Assembly: GCA_965235115.1 (NCBI GenBank)
Contig: OZ249440.1
Location: 35,652,001-35,716,000 of the forward strand
Length of the DNA stretch: 64,000 bases
DNA from: Laetmonice hystrix
Taxonomy: Eukaryota
Reading direction: 5' to 3'
In this document: in pieces, positions 48,196 through 61,581 of the stretch
How positions within the stretch are numbered: the first letter of the stretch is position 1
Layout of the letters: each line of letters starts with the position of its first letter
The notes under the pieces: model-generated
Seen by the model: the letters and a program-made list of their open reading frames with translations, nothing else
Database searches by the model: none
Told to the model about the DNA's origin: nothing
Translations under genes and position numbers: made by a program

Positions 48196-49325
48196 TACCC
48201 GGTTAGAGAAGTTTAGAGGTAGGCCGGAGAGTGCTGCAGATCCATCGGTACGTGAGTGGGTGTCTGATATTCATGGCCAGGCCAAAGCCCGAAACCTGTC
48301 TGCTGCTGATTTTGCAAACCTGATCATCAGTCATTTGGGGGTGAAGCCCGTAAGGAAATAGCTGGGAGAATGACCAAGTCAGGGCTTATCCAGAAGAGAT
48401 AATTAAGGCATAGTAGCTGTAGCCTGATAAATGTTGGAATCCTTGTGGTTAAAGATGTAGAGGGTCTGATGGCCCATCGCAAGTAAACCGTACCAGGAGT
48501 TACATCAAATGTTTTTGGACAACTACGACAATGTTTTTGGACAACTACGACAAAGTAAAACACAGGGAAGTTTTGAGCTGGAGCTGCAGAAGATCATATT
48601 TGCCCTTTATCAAGAAACCAGGTTCACCAAAACGTCGACCTATGAAGACAGCAAGGTCAGAGTCGCTGGAAAGAAACCAGTGTTGATGCCAGCCAGGAGT
48701 GGTAGAGTGTACAGTGAAGGCATCCTTGACCAATAGGTTCACTGCCGTTGTGGAGCCAGATGTCTCAGGACCAAGATTGCCTGATAGAGTGCGTCTCGGA
48801 CCATCCTTCGTGGCTATCGATAGATCTGGCCGTGTTCCTGGACAGTTTGCAAATTTCCAAGACACAGATGTTTATCTACAACCCCGTACGTCGTTTGGAA
48901 TTCTGAAGTTGGCTGAGGTAGAGCCACAGACGGAACTTGTATTTGCCGAAGACAATGACGTTCATGTTCAAGACCGTTGCAACTATAACGGGGAGCTGCA
49001 GAGACAGTCCAGCCATTGATCGGTCAGATGGACCTAGGAAGCAACCTTACAGAGGAGGAGGCTGCCGAACTGCAAGAGGTTATGAGGAAGAACGAAACTG
49101 TATTTAGCAAATCAGTGGACGACATCGGGTATTGTGATGCGGTCAAACATTGTATTGTTTTAGAGGATGACCAGCCTGCCAGGATGGCCCACCATAGAAT
49201 CCCTCCCCACCAGTGGTCGGAAGTCTGTGACTACCTCCAAAACGCACTGGACACTGACGTTATCCGAGAGAGCTCCAGCCCCTACGTCATCTTGGTACGC
49301 AAGAAAACGGGCAAACTTCGCCTGT
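48196..49325 (+). mobile_element. Heavily deleted Gypsy gag/pol fragment
   Basis: LEKFRGRP..VREWV gag-like; VFSKSVDDIGYC..HRIPPHQ..VIRESSSPY..ILVRKKTGKLRL RT start. Confidence 0.75.
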
Positions 49326-49924
49326 GGCTTTCAGGCGTTCCGGGCATCCTTGCCACATGCTGCATACCTACCCCGCCGTATCCCCCCCATGGATTCACCC
49401 GGTCAGTGTTCAACACTTGGCAGCAGGGGATCGCCTTTTATCCCTGGTAAGGCGGACAGTTGGTGCATCCCTAGCACCAGCAACATGGGTGAAATACCGG
49501 CAGGTGTGGCAGGAGGTTTTCGATTTTGTTGCTTCCCTTCGTGGGTTGGGTCCGGTTTTGCCCTATGAGGTGGATGTTTTGTGTTACCTGGCCTATTTGG
49601 TTCGGTTTCGCTTTTTCTACTCTGGCAGCTGGTAGGGGACCCGGCCCGTGATGTGCAGTTGGGGGTCTTTTGTTTGACTCGGACGGGGTCAGGGTTACAA
49701 TTCCCTTGTCAAAGAGTTCACCCATCCCTCAGGTGGTTAAGATTGCTGCTCGGCCGGATTTGGAGTTTTGCCCTGTGGAGTTGCTCAGAACGTTCCTAGG
49801 GTTAGGGGGCTTCAGCCAGGGCCCTTTTTTGTTGCCCCAGGGGTTGTTCCATATACGATGGGGCGGATGTCCCATATGTTATGCTTGCTGTTCTGGGCCT
49901 GTGGATTGGACACCTCCCGTTTCA
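49326..49924 (+). mobile_element. DIRS/Ngaro-like tyrosine recombinase fragment
   Basis: ASLAPATWVKYRQVW..LCYLAYL (core-binding domain) and VTIPLSKS..FCPVELLRTFL..GPF. Confidence 0.6.
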
Positions 49925-52900
49925 AGTGAGTGAGTGAGTAGTGGTGGTTTTGCGCCGTGTCGGCATCCGGGGCCATATTCACGGCGAAATCAGAGTTATA
50001 ACACCATAAAACCAAAGGAACCTATTTTATCCCGGGTCCCAACGGGAACACCACCAAAACACATCTATAAAAGAGTCAGAAGTCCAGCCTCTGACAAGAA
50101 CTCTAAAATCACTCCTGGTCTGACATTGCTAAAAAGATCCTTAAGACTCATCTCATTATAAAACCTTTGTCTGATGAGAGTAAAATCACCACATTCGAGT
50201 AAAAGATGCTTCAGTGTCAAAGGACATTGACAGCCATAACATTCAGGAGGCGGCTCCCCCTTCAATAAAAACACGTGGGTTAATCTAGAATGACCAATCC
50301 TGCATCGAGTAAAAACAATTTCATGCCTCCGTTGGGTCAGGCCATGATGATACCTTTGGTTTATGATGGGACTGATCTGATACAACTTATTGTTTGGTTG
50401 TTCATCCCATTCGGCCTGCCATTTGTTTTTAACATAAGCCCAGATGGTAGGCCTGAGGTCAGAGGCTGGGATTGGACACAATTCGACGTCCGTTTCAAGC
50501 GCTCTCTTGGCAGTTCTGTCGGCTTGCTCATTGCCCGGTATGCCAACATGGCCGGGCACCCAGCAAAAGTGAATGTCAAAGTTTGCATTGGCAAGCATTG
50601 CCAACTTGGACAAGATTCGAACGATCACTGGGTGATCTGTGTTCAAGCCAGCAAGAGCTTGCAGACAGGACAAGGAATCCGAGAAAATAAGGAAGTCCTT
50701 TTTGCCCGAAACTTCAATATTTTGAAGGGCAACAAGCAGGGCCCGGGCCTCTGCTGAGAAGATGGAACTTTGCCCTGAGATGCGGGTGCCGAAGTTGTGT
50801 TTGCCATGAACTGCTGCCGCAGACACATCACTGCCATCCTTATAGAAGGCATAATGAGACGGATACCTTGCCTGGACGTCAAGGAAATGGTCAAAATATG
50901 TCAGAGGATGAGTCTCCGACTTCTTCAGTTGAGCCAACTGAAGGATGACATCAGGCTTTTCCAGGTCCCAAGGAGGAATGTTGCAAAAGTGTGTCTGCCC
51001 CAGGACGTTCAGATCAATATCCAGTTCCTCTAGATGAGGTTTCACCCTCAGTCCAAAAGGACGTATGTACGTTTCCTTTCTTTCATATAAATGTTGGTGT
51101 GTGTGTGTGTGTAGTGGTGATTTTCCGCCGTGTCGGCATCCGGGGCCATATTCACGGCGAAAACAGGGTTAAAAGACCATGAAATGAAAGGAACCTATTT
51201 TATCCAGGGCCCCAACGGGAATATCCTTAGCTATCATCGAGCATGAACTATAAAAGAGTCAGAAGTCTGGCCTCTGACAAGAACTCTAAAATCACTCCTG
51301 GTCTAACATTGCTAAAAAGTTCCTTAAGACTTGTCTCATTATAAAACCGTTGTCTGATCAGAGTAAAATCACCACACTCAAGTAAAAGATGCTTCAGTGT
51401 CAAAGGACACTGACAGCCATAACACTCTGGAGGCGGCTCCCCCTTCAATAAAAACACATGAGTTAATCTAGAATGACCAACTCTGCATCGAGTAAAAACA
51501 ATTTCATGCCTACGTTGGGTTAGGCCGTGAAGACACCTTTGGTTCACGACAGGACTGATCTGGTACAATTTATTGTTTGGTTGTTCATCCCATTCAGCCT
51601 GCCATTTGTTCTTAATGTATGCCCAGATGGTAGGTCTGAGGTCAGAGGCTGGGACCGGACACAGTTCGACGTCTGTTCCAAGAGCCCTCCCGGCAGTTCT
51701 GTCAGCTTGCTCATTGCCTGGGATACCAACATGCCCAGGCACCCAGCAAAAGTGAATATCAAAGTTTGCATTGGCAAGCACTGCCAACTTGGACAAGATT
51801 TGAACGATCACCGGGTGATCTGTGTTCAAGTTAGCAAGTGCTTGCAGACAGGATAAGGAATCCGAGAAAATAAGGAAATCCTTTTCACTAGAAACTTCAA
51901 TATTTTCAAGGGCAAGAAGCAGGGCCCGGGCCTCTGCTGAGAAGATGGAACTTTGCCCCGAGATGCGGGTGCCGAAGTTGTGCTTGCCATGAACTGCAGC
52001 CGCAGACACATCACTGCCATCCTTTGAGCCATCTGTATAGAAGGCATAATGTGAGGGATACCTTGCCTGGACGTCAAGAAAATGTTCAAAATATGTCAGG
52101 GGATGAGTCTCTGACTTCTTCAGTTGAGCCAACTGAAAAATGACGTCAGGCTTTTTCAGGTCCCAAGGAGGAATGTTGCAAAAATGTGTCTGCCCCAGGA
52201 CGTGCAGATCAACATCCAGTTCCTCTAGATGAGGTTTCACCCTCAGTCCAAAAGGACGTATGTACGTTTCCTTTCTTTCATATAAATGTTGGAACTGAGG
52301 GTGAAAAACGCAATTGTAAGCTGGATTTGAACTGTTTGTCCCGAGCTTGACTGCATACTGCAGAGCCAGCTTCAGACGCCTGTTGTCAAGCGATGGCTCT
52401 CGGGCCTCCACATAGAGGCTCTGAACAGGAGACGTTCTAAAAGCCCCAAGTGAAAGCCGCAAACCCTGGTGGTGAACCGTGTCCAAAAGCCGAATGTAAG
52501 ACTTACAAGCAGAACCATAAACTATGCTACCGTAATCGAGCTTCGACCGGATTAAAGCTCTGTACAGTTGTAAAAGGACTGTACTGTCTGCCCCCCAGTT
52601 TGTGCCAGATAAAACCTTGAGAACATCCAGAGCCTTAAGGCATCTGGATTTGAGGGATTTAATGTGAGGGATAAAAGACAGCTTGCTGTCAAAAGTGAGT
52701 CCCAGAAACTTTGTCTTTTTAACAACCTTGATAGGATCTCCATCCATTGTCAACTCGGGGTCAAGGTGGAAAGCACGCAGTTTGCAGAAATGCATGCAGA
52801 CCGTTTTAGATTTTGAAAATTTAAAACCATTTTCCACCGACCAAGTGTGGATTCTGTTGAGACAGAGTTGGAGCTGCCTCTCAATGGCATTCATGTTTTT

Positions 52901-54401
52901 GCCTCTGCAGCAGACGTCGAAGTCATCGACGAACAGGCTGCAGGGCATTCCAGTTTTAACCGAGTTAACAATGCTGTTGATCTTAATACTAAAAAGGGTA
53001 ACGGACAAAATGCTTCCCTGAGGCACACCTAATTCTTGGTCGTGCAAGTCAGACAGGGTCGTGCCTACTCTGACTTGAAAATGTCTGTTGGATAAAAACT
53101 GAGATATGGGTTTTAGGGGGCGTTTGCCCCTTTTCATATCATGTAAATCTTTTAAAATGCCGTACTTCCATGTTGTGTCAAATCACCACATTCGAGTAAA
53201 AGATGCTTCAGTGTCAAAGGACACTGACAGCCACAACACTCTGGAGGCGGCTCCCCCTTCAACCAACACTCTGGAGGCGGCTCCCCCTTCAACAAAAAAC
53301 ACATGGGTTAATCTAGAATGACCAACTCTGCATCGAGTAAAAACAATTTCATGCCTCCGTTGGGTTAGGCCATAATGATACCTTTGGTTTACGATGGGAG
53401 TGAGTGAGTGAGTAGTGGTGGTTTTGCGCCGTGTCGGCATCCGGGGCCATATTCACGGCGAAATCAGAGTTATAACACCATAAAACCAAAGGAACCTATT
53501 TTATCAAGGAGGGATATTGCAAAAGTGTGTCTGCCCCAGGACGTTCAGATCAACATCCAGTTCCTCTAGATGAGGTTTCACCCTCAGTCCAAAAGGACGT
53601 ATGTACGTTTCCTTTCTTTCATATAAATGTTGGAACTGAGGGTGAAAAACGCAATTGTAAGCTGGATTTGAACTGTTTGTCCTGAGCTTGACTGCATACT
53701 GCAGAGCCAGCTTCAGACGCCTGTTGTAAAGCGAGGGCTCTCTGGCCTCCACATAGAGGCTCTGAACAGGAGAAGTTCTAAAAGCCCCAAGTGAAAGCCG
53801 CAAACCCTGGTGGTGAACCATGTCCAAAAGCCGTATGTAAGACTTACAAGCAGAGCCGTAAACTATGCTGCCGTAATCGAGCTTCGACCGGATTAAAGCT
53901 CTGTACAGTTGTAAAAGGACTGTACTGTCTGCCCCCCAGTTTGTGCCGGATAAAACCTTGAGAACATCCAGAGCCTTAAGGCATCTGGATTTGAGCGATT
54001 TAATGTGAGGAATAAAAGACAGCTTGCTGTCAAAAGTGAGACCTAGAAACTTTGTCTCTTTAACAACTTTCACGGGATCTCCATCCATTGTCAACTCGGG
54101 GTCAAGATGGAAGGCACGCAGCTTGCAAAAGTGCATGCAGACCGTTTTAGATTTGGAAAACTTTAAACCGTTTTCCACTGACCAAGTATGGATTCTATTC
54201 AGACAAAGCTGGAGTTGTCTTTCAATGGCATTCATGTTTTTGCCTCTGCAGCAGACGTTAAAGTCATCAACGAACAGGCTGCAGGGCATGCCAGTTTTAA
54301 CCGAGTTTACAATGCTGTTGATCTTAAGACTAAAAAGGGTAACAGACAAAATGCTTCCCTGAGGCACACCTAATTCTTGGTCATTTAAGTCAGAGAGGGT
54401 C
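49925..54401 (-). mobile_element. Uninterrupted 4.5-kb head-to-tail stack of I-group LINE segments (49925-51096, 51097-53179, 53180-53397, 53398-54401)
   Basis: Three tails, one of them a (CA)n variant at 51097; open ORF2 pieces of 326, 629 and 306 aa. Confidence 0.93.
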
Positions 54402-55127
54402 AAAGTGTCCGGCGGGGTAGTCAAAGGGTACGCTAAGCATCTCGAACTAACGTACTGAGGTCACTGTTCAAAAAATCAAGAGGCATATTCAATCGCGATT
54501 GCCAAGGGCGAGGTCACTTATGACAGGCCAGCCAACCGGCCACTTTGCCCAACCTCAGCGAAGACTATAACTCGAGTTATACTGTCCACAAATTACGTAA
54601 CACTGTTTTTGCCTATTTTAAAGACCCCCACCCTAGCGGCGGATCCAGGGTTTCGCAACTGGGGGGGGGGGGGCTTGAAGTATGTTAGCTGTTCTATGAT
54701 CTATGTTTTATGTTCTAAAGGCAGAATCCGAGGCCAGTATACTGGTAAATAACAAGCATCACTAAAGTAATTTTCTTGAACCTTTTGAGTGCACACAATT
54801 CTGATCTGTACGATCTGCTAGCAGCTGCATGGCCACCTCACCGACTTCATCCTGTACTTTTTTCTTACTGAAAGCCCTGCATTTGCATAAACAGTGCTAT
54901 AATCCTTTCAGGCACAGACAGAGAGGACACCGCAGAAACAGACGCAGAGAGAGCAAATGCCACAGAAAGAGACACTGAAGAATCTGTCTGTGTGTAGTGT
55001 AGTCACGACACCTCGACGGACAGCTAGAGACCACAGCTATGCGAAGAGCAGATGGATCTCTCGTGGGGTGCAGACCGAGAGACTGACAGTGCCTTCCCCT
55101 GAGCATCATTTACCTCCTGAGGAAGTG

Positions 55128-55510
55128 GAGTGAGTAGTGGTGGTTTTGCGCCGTGTCGGCATCTGGGGCCATCTTCACGGCGAAAACAGAGTTATAAGAC
55201 CATAAAACCAAAGGAACCTATTTTATCCCGGGTACCAACGGGAACACCACCAAAACACATCTATAAAAGAGTCAGAAGTCCAGTCTCTGACAAGAACTCT
55301 AAAACACTCCTGGTCTGATATTGCTGAAAAGATCCTTAAGACTCGTCTCATTATAAAACCTTTGTCTGATGAGAGTAAAATCACCACATTTGAGTAAAAG
55401 ATGCTTCAGTGTCAAAGGACACTGACAGCCATAACATTCTGGAGCTGGCTCCCCCTTCAATAAAAACACATGGGTTAATCTAGAATGACCAATCCTGCAT
55501 CAAGTAAAAA
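55128..55510 (-). mobile_element. I-group LINE 3' fragment
   Basis: Tail, stem-loop and CCHC-coding region. Confidence 0.9.
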
Positions 55511-55772
55511 TCCGGGACTCGCTCCTATAGACTTATCAATATGGCAGAAAGTAGGCCTGTGGGCAAACGTGATATATTTATCTTTACCGACTCCAGAGGG
55601 AGGGATCTTGAAAAATTAATCAAGAGGGAGCACAGCCATGTATGCGTGCGAGTGTATCCAGGAGCGCGCATACAAACCCTGACCAGCCACATACTACATT
55701 TCTTAGAACGCGAACGCCAATTACCGTGTATGAAAATCACCACACTAAAGTCACCAGACGTTGAAACCTTAA

Positions 55773-58137
55773 GGATACACACGGGTGTAGGAATGTCAAA
55801 ACATGGTCAAAATATCGATTTTTCCCGAGTGACATATTCTCACAGCCACACATGTTGTCAATCACTTCCTAAAGCCGTTTTCCCCAAAGTTGGTTTTAAA
55901 ATATAGAAAAAGAGTACTTAGTAAACACAACCACCCCAGCTTTTGTTCTAAAACGAAAATTCCAACGATTTATTGCCACAAATTAGGCCTATTTGGTCAT
56001 CTGCCAGACAGTACTGCACACGCCCGACCGATGTGTGTTGTATACCGTTGGAATCGGAATCTTGTTGGCTTCTTTACAAGCATAACCATATATGGAGGAC
56101 TAGCTCCACCCACTTTCCATTCCCGCCTTTTTCTGATGAGGTTGGATGACTGGAAATCCCGAGAACTTCCAAATAAGGGTATCACGTGACAGAACTGGGT
56201 CATGAACCTTATTTGCATAAGGTCGCTCATGCGCAGTAGCGTAAAAATGGGCTTCAGACGGTGCCGAGTGGCCCCGAATGGCTTACAGCCCGCTCGGTTG
56301 AACTTCCGGCTTTGTTGCCGTCACTGGTCTGTTTACAACTCCGGTTAGATCTAAAACTTGTACACAGAGGGAAGCATACACCTGTATAGTTGTCAAAATG
56401 GTTGCTACCAAGCACGGGACCAAGCATGGTTTCAAATGCTGCAGCTGCAACGGTTAGTCGCTTGTACAGGGACCTAGATCCGACCAGCCGATGGTACCAT
56501 CACCATGGTAACATACGATGGCGATGGAACCTGGCACAAACGTGGACATTCTGACATGTATTCAAGCAGTCATTCGACCCCGGGGGTGGGGGTGGGAGGG
56601 GGGGAGGGGGCTGCCCCCCTTGTCATCCCAGCAGGGGGGCTGAAACCTACTCTGCCATGCCCAGCAGCCTATTTGTGGGCCAGGGCAGAGCCAGAGACGC
56701 ACAGTATAGGCCTAGCACAGCAGGCTGACCCCCCCCCCCCCCGGCTAGTGTGGGATCGGCGGTGCCAGATTTTCAAGGCCAAGGGGGAGGGGTTTAACCC
56801 CCGCCCCCTTGGATACCAACTTTCCCTTTTTTTTCTCCATAGAACTTTCTGAATTGACGTTGCTGAGCAAATTTCTCCCATGATACTCCCCCGCCCCCCC
56901 CCCCCAAATCATGGTTCCGCTCCAGCCCACCCCCCTGGAAAAATTAAAATTATCTTCCGACGCCTATGTCAAGTCATTAGGGTGTTGGTGTCATGGTTGA
57001 GCTTCTCACTAGACTTGTTCTAGACACCTTTTCTCTAGGCCCTAACTTAACGTTTGCTGTGGCTGGCAACCCCCTCCCCCGACCTTTATCTAAGTTGCCC
57101 GGCTAAATTTGTCCGGTGTTCATTGGCGTGACAAGACATGAAACTTGGCGGAAATATAAATAAAAACCTGCTTTACACAATAAGGGGGTTAGGTTTTTGG
57201 TATTGCAGTATTTTCAAAGGAGAAACCCATTAAAGTTTTAAAAAAAAATTAAAAACTGCAATTTGATGAAAAAGCTATAAATTTAACAAATATTTGTTCT
57301 TTTAAATGTATAACTCAAAAACACCTTATTGTGTGCAGTATCTACAACCTTATTGCGTGCAGTAGACTCTTATAAACCGATATAAAAAGAAATAACATCA
57401 AAATTCATTATAGTTGCAAAATTAATGAATGACTAGGGAGGCCTGTCAGAATGTCTTGAAAAAAAAGATGGCCACCGTTACCATGGCGAAAAATTTCACC
57501 CTTTTTTCTTGTTGTTATAAGTTGATGCTTTTGACATAATATCAAAGGTCTAACTTCATTATTAAACAAGTCACTTTTGTGTATCCATAAGTGCTGACTT
57601 TAAAGGTGATTTTCTCAAATGCCATTTTTTGCACGCGCGTCTTTCTTGGACATCCATGCGTTTTTTTAATATTTATCATATCAACATCAAATATGGCACA
57701 TATGTTAATCTAAACCTGTTTTGTGCAATAAGGGTATTAGTTTTTGTATATCTATGATATTTCTTTACGATTTGAACACTCAAATTTAAAAAAAAAATAT
57801 TTAAAAAAAAAAATTCGAAAAAAACCTCTCCAAAATAATAAATATTTTAGTAAAACCATACAAAAAGTACCTTATTGCACTCACTGGATTATTAGCTACA
57901 TGTCAGAAAAGAAATGAAGATGATATTCATTATAGTAACAAAAATAATAGATGTCCAAAAAAAAATCTGAAAAATGTCAGAAAATTCAAGATGGCCACTA
58001 TTTCCATGGCAACGGTTGCTATGGAAACTAATTACCACCATTTTTGCAAATCTTTTAACCAGATGTATGTTGTAAGATGAGTTAAAGTCTCTTTTTACGG
58101 TTATAAAAAAATTGACTTTTTACACCCATGTGTATCC
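55773..58137 (+). mobile_element. Internally deleted Kolobok DNA transposon, 2365 bp
   Basis: TTAA at 55769-55772 and 58138-58141; TIR GGATACACACGGGTGTA / TACACCCATGTGTATCC (16/17 match); transposase remnant DGTWHKRGHS and GVGVMVELLT. Confidence 0.8.
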
Positions 58138-58540
58138 TTAAGCACTGCGGTTTTCAACAAGTATCTGGACCTTCATCGCGCAGTTCAAGAAGTTAACCCC
58201 TGTGTGCCCGTCATTATCTGTCCAATTGTGGGCATAAACTTAGCGGTGTATAACCGAAGCACGGATCAGCACCCGGACCAGCACTCGTTGAACCAGGCCA
58301 TAGTTAAAATTAACAAGTACATAATCTCCATAAATAAGGAAAACAGAGTGATTGCGCCATGGCTTTCGCAGGATGTGCACCACTGTCATGGTGGAAGGTT
58401 TCGCCATATGTACACACTACTATATGATGGTTGCCATCCATCGGAAAAGCTGAAGGCTATCTGGGCTGCAAGATTTGTATCCTCTTTTTCCAAAAATCCA
58501 ATACTCGGATAACTAGTGGGTGACATAGATGTCCTGTTTA

Positions 58541-59245
58541 GAGTGACTCCCGCAGTGCCAGCGTTTCGCTTGAGACCTCACTGCGGGCAAAACTCCTATG
58601 CTCACACACTGTGCATAGAGCCAGCATTCATTGACACGGTACAGCAAAATCTAATTATGTGTATGTGTGGTGTAACTATGTTCGCTATAATATGGGGTGT
58701 CTCTTGGGCGAGATATAATTATGTTATAGTATAACCATATTTGCTATAATGTGGAGTTTTGTTTGTTTGTGTGTATTTATTCATGTACTCGGAAACGTCT
58801 CCCGAGCACATTGTGCTACCAGGTATTGGGCTACTGCTATGCCCCTTGTCATCTCGGTAAAACACTATCCAGTACTTATGCTGATATGTGGGTGAGAACG
58901 GATCGGAGTGACTCCCGCAGTGCCAGCGTTTCGCTTGAGACCTCACTGCGGGTACAACTCCAATGCTACACTGTACCATTATTTAGTATCAATAATATCC
59001 TGCGCGGTGTGTGTGAGGACTAATCGGGGTGACTCCCGCAGTGCCAGCGTTTCGCTTGAGACCTCACTGCGGGGGTAACTCCTTTGCACACACACCACGC
59101 ATAGAGCCAGCCAGCATTCATTGACACCGTACAGTTGAGATCTAATTATGTGTATGTGTGTAGTAGTATAACCATTCTCGCTATAACTTGCGCGAGATAT
59201 AATTAGGTGTATAGTGCAACCATATTTGCTATAATGTGGAGTCTT
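58541..59245. repeat. Inter-ORF repeat with three identical 45-nt hairpin cores
   Basis: GTGACTCCCGCAGTGCCAGCGTTTCGCTTGAGACCTCACTGCGGG at about 58543, 58908 and 59029. Confidence 0.9.
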
Positions 59246-59980
59246 TTAGGTATAGTTATTTGTTATTCTAAACTTATTTAATGGAAACTTCCAATGTGGT
59301 GATCCGCATGTCTGCACACTTCCGAACCCCCGCCCCCTAGCGATCACCGTTTTGTATAGTGTATTGTGTTTTTCTGTTATGTGTTCTTTGGGTGTGTGTA
59401 TCAAATCATGTTCAAACATTGAAATACGTCAGTTATTTGTCACTAACAATACTTTGATGACGGTGCATATTTATTTCTGGTGGGAGCACTGTAGCATACG
59501 TTGGTGTGGAAAAAACAAACTACATGTAGGTACCTCTTTGAATACATACTCTATCGGAATTTTGACAGGTTTAACTATGCTTAGCTGAGACTGTATTATG
59601 CTATAACAATGTGCGTGAAGAGATTCTCTCTTTACGAAGCCATCCTGCAAAACGTCAATCATATGTATACTGTGTCTTATCAGTACGATGCTCGGATATA
59701 GTAAGTCCAAATGGGGCTAAAGGTCTTATCATTTAATGTTAAAGGTTTAAATAATAGCCGGGTCCGAAGGGCAGTTTTTACTTGGATTAGAAAGGAAAAG
59801 GCTGATATTGCATTCATACAGGAATCCTTCAGTACGACCGAGGTGGAACACACATGGCGAAATGAATGGGGTGGGGTTATCAGATATAGCCACGGAACAA
59901 ACCACAGCAGAGGTACCATTGTCTTGATTGGAAAAGGTTTAGACTTGGTAATACAAGATGAAGAGATAGATTCAGATGGA

Positions 59981-60217
59981 CGCTGCAGGGCATGCCAGTT
60001 TTAACCGAGTTAACAATGCTGTTGATCTTAAGACTAAAAAGGGTAACAGACAAAATGCTTCCCTGAGGCACACCTAATTCTTGGTCATGCAAGTCAGAGA
60101 GGGTAGTGCCTACTCTGACTTGAAAGTGTCTGTTCGATAAAAACCGAGATATCAAAATGGGCCAACGCCCCCTAAAACCCATATCATGCAAATCTTTTAA
60201 AATGCCGTACTTCCATG
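59981..60217 (-). mobile_element. Internal, tail-less I-group LINE RT fragment joining the Tx1 APE to Sola2
   Basis: Encodes HDMGFRGR..GVPQGSILSVTLF..TGMPCS. Confidence 0.9.
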
Positions 60218-60550
60218 ACCCACAGGTGATGTGACAAAACTTCTCACTGAGATAGTTTGCTCCAAAGAGTACAAGTGTATGTACGGTATCTGTAAGAAAT
60301 GTACGACCAAAGTGAACGATATTGTATCTTCAGGTAAAACCAATCTGAACACTGTGTCATATGAAGAATGGCGTCAGGTTAAGGAACAGAGGGTGACATC
60401 CAAGGGTTCAATTTCTGTATCAATGATGACTAAATTAACACTGAATGATACGGTTGCACACCTTTGTGAAGCATTCGTCAAGGGTATGAGACAGTTCTTA
60501 CAACATCAGTATCGTATTACTCACCAGTATCAAGCTGTGAGAGATATTAA

Positions 60551-60889
60551 AGGTGCTATTCGTCTCGCACAGAATGGCATTTCTCCTATCATACATTGTG
60601 CACATGGTACTAGAAAAAATTCCTACCGATACCATTGGCCTGATAAACCTTCTATTAGTTTGTGTACAGCATTTGAAACCTATCTCGGTGCACACCGAGA
60701 TAGAGCCATTTCCTATGGTGGGGCGTGTCAGGGTCTCCACAGGCCTTCTGAGAGAGCCCCATTTGTGCCGTTAGCCATGAAAAATTTTGATTTCCTTTGT
60801 TGTGAATCTTTTTCCATGATAGGTGGGATCACATAAACGTCAACAAAATTAAAAATAAAAAATTGAATTTTTGTTCACGAATAGCACCT
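60551..60889. mobile_element. 339-bp TTAA-targeting MITE (Kolobok-like)
   Basis: TTAA|AGGTGCTATTCGT ... ACGAATAGCACCT|TTAA; removal restores VRDIKNKIEPNEC. Confidence 0.85.
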
Positions 60890-61581
60890 TTAAGAACAAG
60901 ATTGAACCGAATGAGTGTGTATTCCAAATAGACTACAGTGAGAACTATAATTGTAAAGCTGCTGTAGAAGTTCAGGGAATGCACTTTGGTGCCAGTAGGA
61001 GACAAGTGTCTCTACACACGTGTCATGCAACATTGAAAAGGTCATCTGGTGAGCTGTACACCAAGTGCTTCTGTACACTATCTGAGGACAGTAGGCATGC
61101 ACCTTCTGCTGTTTGGGCACATTTGGACCCAGTACTAATGGAACTGAAAAACATGGGTGTGGAAATCATCCATTTCGTTTCTGATGGGCCAACCACACAA
61201 TATCGGAATAAAACAAATTTCCTTCTCATGGCCACCATTCCCTTTGAAAAGTATGGGTTTAAAATGGTGTACTGGAACCTATTGGAATCATCACATGGCA
61301 AAGGTCCTGCTGATGGGGTGGGGGCTGCGGTTAAAAATAAAGCTGACAACCTGGTGGCCCATGGCCAAGATATTTTCGATGTTACAAAACTGTACAATAG
61401 TGTCAGAGATACCATAAATGTACAGTTGTACACAATCTCTTCAGGTGATATTAACAACATTGAGAGAATGGCGAGTGGTATCACGCATGACACAATAAAA
61501 GGTACCATGCAGATTCATCAACTGGTTGCTCACAAATGGCAATGTGTCCCATCGTAAACTCTCTTGCTATTGTAAGTACAG

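Larger units (their letters stand above)
55541..59980 (+). mobile_element. 5' half of an L1/Tx1-type LINE: SGNH-esterase-like ORF1 (55541-55772 plus 58138-58512), 1.2-kb spacer, APE start (59711-59980)
   Basis: FIFTDSRGR..YPGARI and INKYI..LYDGCHPS (SGNH blocks) rejoin in frame across the TTAA insert; LSFNVKGL..AFIQES..SRGTIVLI..DSDGR (APE). That these belong to a single element is inferred. Confidence 0.7.

Noticed and set aside
56575..56940. G/C homopolymer runs as functional G-quadruplex elements
   Set aside because: Such runs are common inside small non-autonomous elements (also near 42810 and 54660); there is no independent evidence of function.
58541..58596. Definite hammerhead or HDV ribozyme call
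   Set aside because: The CUGANGA core and the HDV nested pseudoknot could not be identified; kept only as an unassigned structured motif.
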